Shown here: in pieces, positions 1 to 6,117 of the stretch | Layout: every line of letters begins with the position of its first letter | Position numbering within the stretch: position 1 is the first letter of the stretch | NCBI RefSeq assembly: GCF_006345805.1 | Contig: NW_021828990.1 | Coordinates: forward strand, 1 to 7,224 | DNA length: 7,224 nucleotides | Source: Octopus sinensis | Taxonomy: Eukaryota | Reading direction: 5' to 3' | Notes under the pieces: model-generated | The model's database searches: none | Told to the model about the DNA's origin: nothing | The model's input: the letters and a program-made list of their open reading frames with translations, nothing else | Made by a program: the position numbers and the translations under genes

Positions 1-12
1 CAATAATAACAG

Positions 13-71
<59 letters not shown>
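1..71. repeat. (AAT)n microsatellite
   Basis: Near-perfect AAT run from the window start to 71. Confidence 0.98.
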
Positions 72-73
<2 letters not shown>

Positions 74-328
74 TCCCTGGCTTACCATCCCTCAGAAGTG
101 CAAAAGATCGTCTTAACTGGTACATCACATGTATTGAGAAGAACATTGTCGATATGAGAATTGTTGCTGCTCATGTATTTTAATTTAACTTTAAAAAAAA
201 ATTTTTTTAATGAATGAACTATTGAGTTTGGTGTAATGGCCTACCCGATTATACTATGAGTTTCTTTTCCCCTAGGAGTCGGGAAACCTCGAAAGAAATG
301 GAAGCAAAATTTGAAAGAAGACAAAAAA
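72..328 (+). mobile_element. Severely 5'-truncated R4/Dong-like non-LTR retrotransposon 3' end (family A): ORF C-terminus plus 3' UTR
   Basis: 73-157 translates, with one frameshift at ~94, as IPGLPSL/EVQKIVLTGTSHVLRRTLSI*. This aligns with TPGLPSIYNIQKIALTGTAHILRKTLSTQ* at 1144-1233 and with the QKxxLxGTxxILRxxL terminus typical of RLE-type (R4-clade) elements. Followed by ~170 bp of UTR and (AAT)n, and flanked by AAT arrays on both sides. Confidence 0.8.
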
Positions 329-379
<51 letters not shown>

Positions 380-380
380 A
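329..380. repeat. (AAT)n / (AAAT)n microsatellite
   Basis: AAT run grading into AAAT units. Confidence 0.97.
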
Positions 381-813
381 ATCTTAACTGACTGGAAGTG
401 TTATCATGTCCATTGTTTTGTCTTGGTATAAAAGATGGGCTACAGCAAATATTCTGCTCAATACCACAGATATGCTTGTCAGTTGTTTGACCGTAACCAG
501 TTGAGCATGTCCCTTAGTGGTTTGAATGATTCACCTCTGGAAACATGGGTGTTTCATTCAACATCTTTAAACAACCCTTAATCAGGGGCCTTTTGAGTGG
601 GATGGGTTACCCAACCAGAAGAAAATTCTAACTGGGTCCACTCGCAAGGTCATGCGCTGTTTATCTTGTTATGAGATCACCATGTCGCGCACATATGGTT
701 GTGATGCATGTACCTGGTGTACCCTTATCAGACGAGTAGTCATGATGGGTATACTGGGCTTCGTATATTTGTACCCCAGTGTCACTTTGATGGTATGCAC
801 TGCTCTCTCACTC
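381..813 (+). mobile_element. Unclassified non-coding interspersed element embedded in the (AAT)n array (probable non-autonomous retroelement)
   Basis: 433 bp of complex sequence with sharp boundaries against AAT arrays on both sides and no convincing coding frame. The 3' ~100 nt can fold into a branched structure (GTGTACCC/GGGTATAC, ACTGGG/CCCAGT). It resembles a repeat I recall from octopus DNA. Orientation is inferred from the downstream (AAT)n. Confidence 0.6.
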
Positions 814-877
<64 letters not shown>

Positions 878-895
878 TAATAATAATAATAATAA
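814..895. repeat. (AAT)n microsatellite
   Basis: About 27 AAT units with one interruption; source of the poly-N/poly-I/poly-L ORF tracts. Confidence 0.98.
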
Positions 896-1330
896 GACAC
901 ACAGATAAAGAGATAGGCCAGATATAGTTGTCAGAGATCATAAAGAAAAAAATGCTTTCTAATTGATGTATAAATACCAGCAGATGACAACGTGTCTCTA
1001 AAAGAAATGGAGAAACTTTCAAAATACAAAGACCTGGAAATAGAGGTAACTTGAATGTGGAATCTAAAAACAGAAACAATTCCTATCATAGTAGGCGCAT
1101 TACGTATGATAAAAATAAATATTCAGACAAATACATAACAAAAACACCAGGACTACCAAGTATATATAACATACAGAAAATAGCACTAACAGGCACCGCA
1201 CACATCCTACGTAAAACGCTTTCAACACAGTAAAAATGAGAGCGTCACAACAAATCACAGCACATACCCAAGGCACACAGAGCTGCGCTCGGTAGTGAAG
1301 TGAGAGCACTTGATAAAAATAAGACTACTG
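896..1330 (+). mobile_element. 5'-truncated, decayed R4/Dong-like non-LTR retrotransposon (family B): restriction-like endonuclease (RLE) domain, C-terminus and 3' UTR
   Basis: Manual translation across frameshifts and stops: HTDKEI/RPDIVVRDHKEK/CFLIDV*IPADDNVSLKEMEKLSKYKDLEIEVT*MWNLKTETIPIIVGALRMIK/KYSDKYITKTPGLPSIYNIQKIALTGTAHILRKTLSTQ* (898-1233). The pattern RPD-x-D...KExEKxxKYxDL...W...PxxxGALG...QKxALxGTAxILR is the PD-(D/E)xK-type RLE signature of R4-clade elements. About 97 bp of 3' UTR is followed by (AAT)n. Confidence 0.9.
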
Positions 1331-1378
1331 AATAATAATTATAATAATAATAATAATAATAATATAATAATAATAATA

Positions 1379-1417
<39 letters not shown>

Positions 1418-1457
1418 TAATAACAGCAACAACAACTATGATAATAATGATAATAAT
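1331..1457. repeat. (AAT)n microsatellite with GAT/AAC variant units
   Basis: Long AAT run shared between the Dong-like 3' end (+) and the (ATT)n tail of the minus-strand SINE at 1459-1596. Confidence 0.97.
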
Positions 1458-1458
1458 G

Positions 1459-1596
1459 GCCCTTTCTATTATAGGCACAAGGCATGAATTGTGTGTGGAG
1501 TGTGCTATTCGATTACATCAACCTAGTGCTCAATTCGTACTTATTTTATCGACCCAGAAAGGATGAAAGGCAAAGCCGGCCGCGGTGAAATTTGAA
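1459..1596 (-). mobile_element. SINE family A, 5'-truncated copy
   Basis: Reverse complement aligns with 3938-4075 and directly with 5309-5451 (shared TCGACCC.GAAAGGATGAAAGGCAAAG.CG motif). It ends at the B-box (TTCAAATT), and its (ATT)n tail is the upstream AAT array. Confidence 0.85.
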
Positions 1597-1664
1597 TAAT
1601 AATGGTACTAACAGCAAATGAAAATAATAGCAGTACCTAATTATGGTGTACGCATGCAAGGAGT

Positions 1665-1838
1665 GAACTAAATCGATTGCTCTAATTTGCATAATAAGAG
1701 CACCGGTTGGCAATGTTAATTTACTCCTTAATAGAAGCACGAGACAATGATTAGATAATAGATTATTAATTAATTATTAATTCATTCGCGTTGCCAATGC
1801 TGCCACTGTTATGCAAATTAGACCAACCAGTTTAGTTC
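1665..1838. mobile_element. Fold-back / MITE-like element with ~30-bp imperfect terminal inverted repeats
   Basis: 1665-1694 GAACTAAATCGATTGCTCTAATTTGCATAA versus the reverse complement of 1809-1838, GAACTAAACTGGTTGGTCTAATTTGCATAA: 26/30 identical, with a perfect 14-bp core (1681-1694/1809-1822). An inner inverted pair TTGGCAA (1707-1713)/TTGCCAA (1791-1797) is also present. No clear TSD. Confidence 0.6.
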
Positions 1839-2108
1839 TGCCCCAAGAGTTCGTATACTATGAATGACTATAAACTATTGATCTCTCTTGTGATCAAGAA
1901 TAGGTAGCTGATTTCCGATGAGGTGCTAAGGTCAAACCTGACTGATCGATTCCTTTTTCTTTTTTTATCTCTGCACATAAGCCAACCTTTGGTGAAACCG
2001 TGTTGTTAAGCTTTCTCTCAGCAATGTTAATATGCGTCCACGGAAAGAATGAGTGTTCACACTTAGGTTTAACCTATATTTATCCTGTTTTATATTTGTG
2101 TGTGTGTT

Positions 2109-2213
2109 AAGAAGAAGAAGAAGAAGAAGAAGAGAAGAAGAAGAAGAAGAAGAAGAAGAAGAAGAAGAAGAAGAAGAAGAAGAAGAAGAAGAAGAAGAAG
2201 AAGAAGAAGAAGA
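2109..2213. repeat. (GAA)n microsatellite (~35 units)
   Basis: Pure purine tract with one interruption near 2132; source of the poly-R/poly-E ORF. Confidence 0.98.
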
Positions 2214-2329
2214 TTGGGAAGTTAATTGTTTATTATTAACAGCAAAAATTAATCACTTTCACTTACAGCTGTTTCAATTAGTAGCATGGCTATTTTCAAA
2301 AATCAGCGAATGTATTTCACTTGAAATAC

Positions 2330-2465
2330 ATGTTTTCAAAGGCGGATAGGCATCGACAACTAGCAAGCCATGCTACTCCAGACTGATGATGAGCAATGAC
2401 TCTGAAACTAGTCTCTGGAAGCTGGCTTTGCTGGGTGGAGATGCTTGTCTACACTTTGAAAACAT
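2330..2465 (+). ncRNA. Type I hammerhead ribozyme 1 (core 2377-2419) at the tip of a ~42-bp imperfect rod
   Basis: Stem I UCCAGA (2377-2382)/UCUGGA (2414-2419); CUGAUGA (2383-2389); stem II U.U plus GAG/CUC with loop CAAUGA; GAAA (2404-2407); minimal palindromic stem III ACUAGU; GUC triplet with predicted cleavage after C2413. Stem I extends by GCU/AGC, 2361-2370/2423-2433, 2344-2354/2440-2450 and a perfect 12-bp helix 2330-2341/2454-2465. Confidence 0.85.
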
Positions 2466-2625
2466 AAGAACACAGTAAATGTGTCAAGTCCAGCAGGAAA
2501 CGGTGTTTCTGGGGGCATTCTTCTCTTTTATGGGACTATCACATTAAGTTGACAACATGCTATCACTTTATCGAGCTGCTACTGCATAAATCTCTCTGAG
2601 AGATTTCGAAATATATTATTTATAT

Positions 2626-2876
2626 ATTCTTTTATTCTTTTATGTTACGGGGACATAAACACATCAACACCGGTTGTCAAACGATGGTGAGGGACAAACA
2701 CAGACACATATATATATACGACGGGCTTCTTCCAGTTTCCATATATATACGACGGGCTTCTTCCAGTTTCCGCCTACCAAATCCACTCAAGGCTTTGGTC
2801 GGCCCGAGGCTATAGTAGAAGACTCAACCCGGAACCATAGGTTGGGAAGCAACCTTCTTACACACACCACGCCTGT
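2626..2876 (-). mobile_element. SINE family B (tRNA-like head plus CORE-like domain), internally rearranged copy
   Basis: Aligns with 3253-3397 (ACGGGCTTCTT.CAGTTTCCGCCT..AAATCCACTCA..AGGCTTT...GCTATAG.AGAAGAC). The minus strand shows a degraded A/B-box head, an internal (TA)n and a 3' segment ending in an AAAGAAT-like tail. It carries a 31-bp tandem duplication and a ~28-bp deletion. Confidence 0.8.
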
Positions 2877-2897
2877 ATATATATATATATATATATA

Positions 2898-2958
<61 letters not shown>

Positions 2959-2982
2959 GGGAGAGCAAGAGAGAGAGAGAGA
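2876..2982. repeat. (AT)n followed by (AG)n microsatellite
   Basis: About 40 AT units (2876-2958) followed by an imperfect AG run. Confidence 0.97.
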
Positions 2983-3052
2983 TTGTTTGCTTCCTTGCTC
3001 ATAATGCCCCATCAAAGTTGATGATAGTGTGAATCCAGGGTATTCATCACCA

Positions 3053-3250
3053 TCATCCTCCGCCTCCAGCACATTGTTTCTCGGAGGCGGACGTGGCTGA
3101 CAAGACCAATACAAGACAGGCAGATCCTGTGGAACTGAGGACAGTGAATGTGACCCGGAACAATAGCCACAGGGGCTTGTTGAGGACGTCTCCTCCCCTC
3201 TTCATGACATTTTCTGCGTTCGGGATCAAAGCGCTCAACTCCAACATTAC
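3053..3250 (-). pseudogene. Possible decayed LINE reverse-transcriptase fragment (weak)
   Basis: GC-richer island. The minus frame reads ...ALIPNAENVMKRGGDVLNKPLWLLFRVTFTVLSSTG..., loosely like the GxDGIPAExLKxGGxxLxxPLxxLF segment preceding RT domains of APE-type LINEs. No catalytic motifs are visible. Confidence 0.25.
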
Positions 3251-3252
3251 AC

Positions 3253-3397
3253 ACGGGCTTCTTTCAGTTTCCGCCTGCAAAATCCACTCACAAGGCTTTA
3301 ATTGGCATGGAGCTATAGCAGAAGACACTTGCCATAGGCGCCACGCCGTGGGTGTGAACGCGCAACCATGTGGCTGGGAAACAAACTTCTTACTACT
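3253..3397 (-). mobile_element. SINE family B, 3'-truncated copy (tRNA-like head plus CORE-like domain)
   Basis: The minus strand has a B-box-like GCGTTCACACCC and CCTATGGCAAGTGTCTT, resembling the MIR/CORE motif CCTTGGGCAAGT. Colinear with 2751-2870. Confidence 0.8.
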
Positions 3398-3398
3398 C

Positions 3399-3508
3399 AA
3401 CACACACACACACACACAAATGCATGCGTACACACGCATACACATACACACTCTTGGGTATGTGTATATATTTATGTTTGTGTGTATGTTTGTACGTGTA
3501 TGTGTGTT

Positions 3509-3555
<47 letters not shown>

Positions 3556-3566
3556 TGTTTGTTTGC
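3399..3566. repeat. (CA)n-rich tract followed by (GT)n-rich tract
   Basis: CA-rich 3399-3450 and GT-rich 3457-3566; source of the HTHT and CVCV ORFs. Confidence 0.96.
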
Positions 3567-3854
3567 AACGTTTAGAATTTTTATTACACACGCTATCAGC
3601 TATTTTGTACGATATCTGACTAAGGACTCTGCGCCAAGACAGCGAATCAGTCAGTCTTTCTCCATTGGAAACTAATATCTCTCCCTTTCAGAAGGGATGT
3701 CTCTCATGCTGGGACATTAATCTTTTTGAGTTCTATCGAAAACATTCAGCGAATATGGCCGAAACGATGACAGAACGCGCTAAGATATCATTGCCGTCGC
3801 CGTTGTCCTCCCCCTCCCCATCATCATCATCATCATCGTCATCATTATTTGCAT

Positions 3855-4075
3855 GCAAGCAGAAACGTTGGCAAAATGCTGGGCAAAATGCTGGGCAAAA
3901 TGCTAAGCGACATTTCGTCCGTCTTTACGTTCATGAGTTCAAATTCCGACGAGGTCGATTTTGCTTCTCATCCTTTCCCGGTCGATAAATTAAGTACCAG
4001 TGAAATATTGGGGGTGAATGTAATCGGCTAGTCCCCTACCCCAAAATTTCAAAGCCTTGTGCTTTCACTAGAAAC
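3855..4075 (+). mobile_element. SINE family A, near full-length copy (tRNA-derived head, (ATT)n tail)
   Basis: Degraded A-box region (AGCAGAAACGTTGG), B-box-like GAGTTCAAATTCC (3935-3947), central GGTCGATTTTGCTTCTCATCCTTTCCCGGTCGATAAATTAAGTACCAG domain shared with 1459-1596 and 5309-5451, then (ATT)n from 4076. Confidence 0.88.
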
Positions 4076-4133
4076 TATTATTATTATTATGTTTACTAAT
4101 AATGTGTGTCAGCCCTTGTGGCCAATAAAAAGA

Positions 4134-4190
<57 letters not shown>

Positions 4191-4198
4191 CATTATTA

Positions 4199-4236
<38 letters not shown>

Positions 4237-4340
4237 GTATCATCATCATCATTATTATTACTACTACTATTATTACTTAGTAGTAATAATATAACCGGTA
4301 TTATTATTATCATCATTACCATCATCAACAACATCATCAT
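4076..4340. repeat. (ATT)n / (CAT)n microsatellite complex (expanded SINE tail)
   Basis: Long ATT run 4136-4236 with flanking ATT/CAT/ACT variants and a short unique interruption at ~4090-4135. Confidence 0.95.
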
Positions 4341-4677
4341 AATTTGTTTAACCCCTTCCCACCACCACCACCTACTACCTTGTCTACTTATCATTATGTT
4401 TCCCAAATACAAGTCCCTTTTCTTTTGTCTCCGATTTCATCGTAATGGACAACAGATTTGTACAGTTTTCCATTCTTTGTTTTTTTACTTACTCCCCCCC
4501 TCCACATATTCTTTCTTGTCTTCCCCCCTTTATTTTCGTCTTGACTTTTCTAGCTTTTTTTTTATTTTGCTGCTCCATTTTTCCATTCCTTAAACAAGAT
4601 TTGACCCTTGATATCGCTCTATATTTACAATTATCACAAAAACCTACTTTCTTTTCTTTCAATCTTTCTCTCCTCTT

Positions 4678-4683
<6 letters not shown>

Positions 4684-4712
<29 letters not shown>
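4684..4712. repeat. (CT)n microsatellite within a ~450-bp pyrimidine-rich tract (4410-4860)
   Basis: Direct inspection. Confidence 0.95.
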
Positions 4713-4714
<2 letters not shown>

Positions 4715-5308
4715 ACTCCAAAACCATCAAGATTCCCCGTCTACCGTCAGCCTCCCCCCTCATATATACACAACCTTTTATTTGTTAGATTGCTTCTCTT
4801 GTTTTACAGTTCTTTTCCTTATCTCTTAAAAGGCGTAAAGTCTTCTTTTTTTCCAGTTTAATAATGGTTTCTATTGATTAACAATCAAACGGTGTCGGAT
4901 ATCGCATGGACAAATGGTTAAAGTATCTGTCTACAGTAACTACAGAAAAAATATAAAACAATAAGAGATACACAAAATAAACAAATAAAAAGTGTTGCCT
5001 TCGTTATTACTATTTGTTCGACATTAAATTCAATATTACTGTTGCGTTATTCCTGAAAATCATTTCCGACGTTCTCGAAAAATGGCTGTTATTTCTTTGA
5101 TTTCTCCGTCATGTAGTCCAATGTTGTCTAGAGCAGTGCTTCTCAAACTATCTGATGTGGTGTACCGGCAATTTTTTTTCAAATGTACTAGAGACCGGTA
5201 ATATTTCTTAGTAATATTAATTTATACCAGAAACAATATATATAATGAATATAATAAAAGTTGACAATTCTTTTTATCTTATATTAATTTTGTAAACAAA
5301 CAATACAA

Positions 5309-5451
5309 TATTCTTTTCTACTCTAGGCACAGGGCCCGAAATTTTTGGGGAAGAGGCCAGTTGATTAGGTCGACACCAGTACGCAACTGGTACTTAATTT
5401 ATCGACCCCGAAAGGATGAAAGGCAAAGTCGACCTCGGCGAAATTTGAACT
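5309..5451 (-). mobile_element. SINE family A, 5'-truncated copy
   Basis: Contains GGTACTTAATTTATCGACCCCGAAAGGATGAAAGGCAAAGTCGACCTCGGCGAAATTTGAACT. Its reverse complement differs from 3936-4001 at about 7 positions. Confidence 0.9.
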
Positions 5452-5504
5452 GCAATATCTTAAACATGCCATCGAGTGCAGATCCTCAGTACCCATGTTC
5501 GAGG

Positions 5505-5767
5505 AAGTGGTGCTCAACCAAGGTCCACATGACCCTTGGTGGGGTCAATATAAGGCTTTACTGTTACAGTTTGTGTACAATGAATTGCTTATTCTTCTAC
5601 AATACACAAAATATTTTAATAAATATCTTTAATACAATTCCTAATAATATTTAATTACAAAAATATAAATAGAATTTTTAAACATCAAATGACTATGAGG
5701 GTCCACTTGAATAAAATAGGGATCAAAAAGGTTCACAGGTAAAAAAAAGAATGATTGAGAAACTCTG
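5505..5767. mobile_element. Second hAT-type left end (possible inner MITE sharing the right TIR at 5755-5767)
   Basis: AAGTGGTGCTCAACCAAGGTCCAC at 5505 resembles a CAGTGGTTCTCAACC-type terminus (9/13 to the right TIR). GGTCCAC recurs near the right end (~5700). Confidence 0.45.
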
Positions 5768-6117
5768 TTCTAAAAGGATGAGTCAATGGGAAACCAGGAA
5801 GACGCTGACTGGAGGAAATCAAAGAATGAACCGGAAGACCTCTGGTTGAATAATTACATTATTTGATGTTTAATTGAATTGGTTTAATTTCATTGATTTT
5901 ATGTCCCAAGTTTTTGCTCTTGTCTCTCCTCAATGCTGATGACCGGGAACCTTAGATTCACGCATCGGCCCTCTCCTTCGATTCTTACCTCTGACCATAT
6001 TTGTGCATTCAAATCTTAGCTTTCTTTCGGGTTAAATTCAAGAACTTAAAATGGTGCAAAACACACACACAAAAAAATAAGCCCATTGCCTATTTGTGAC
6101 ACCATTTCCTGGATAAA

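Larger units (their letters stand above)
5134..5767. mobile_element. hAT (Charlie-like) MITE ends enclosing a nested SINE
   Basis: Left TIR CAGTGCTTCTCAA (5134-5146); right TIR TTGAGAAACTCTG (5755-5767; reverse complement CAGAGTTTCTCAA, 11/13 match). Flanks GTCTAGAG (5126-5133) and TTCTAAAA (5768-5775) fit a decayed 8-bp NTCTAGAN-type TSD (5/8). Confidence 0.6.

Noticed and set aside
1980-2030. Minus-strand CUGAGA-GAAAGCUUA near 2008-2022 as a minimal hammerhead
   Set aside because: The CUGANGA box is incomplete, there is no stem II and no stem I pairing.
2588-2620. 19-bp palindrome AAATCTCTC-T-GAGAGATTT followed by CGAAATATA, superficially hammerhead-like
   Set aside because: CTGAGAG does not fit CUGANGA and the flanks cannot form stem I; probably low-complexity chance.
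3855-3950. tRNA gene calls from A/B-box-like sequences here and at 3330-3397
   Set aside because: No cloverleaf can be formed, and the boxes are followed by SINE bodies and tails repeated elsewhere in the window.
4790-4860. Strong-looking splice acceptors (TTGTTTTACAG at 4809, TTTTTTCCAG at 4856) and a possible 25-nt micro-exon ending at GTAAAG
   Set aside because: Such motifs are expected by chance in a long pyrimidine tract, the length is not a multiple of three and there is no supporting coding context. RNA-seq would be needed.
652-4861. Most ORF-track entries (poly-N/I/L/Y/E, HTHT, CVCV, IYIY, SLSL products)
   Set aside because: They are translations of microsatellites and low-complexity tracts with no domain-like sequence. 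Only the end of 1051..1233 is a real (retroelement) coding remnant.
5930-5975. CTGATGA at 5936-5942 as a third hammerhead
   Set aside because: It is followed by GAAC rather than GAAA, with no stem I or stem III pairing.
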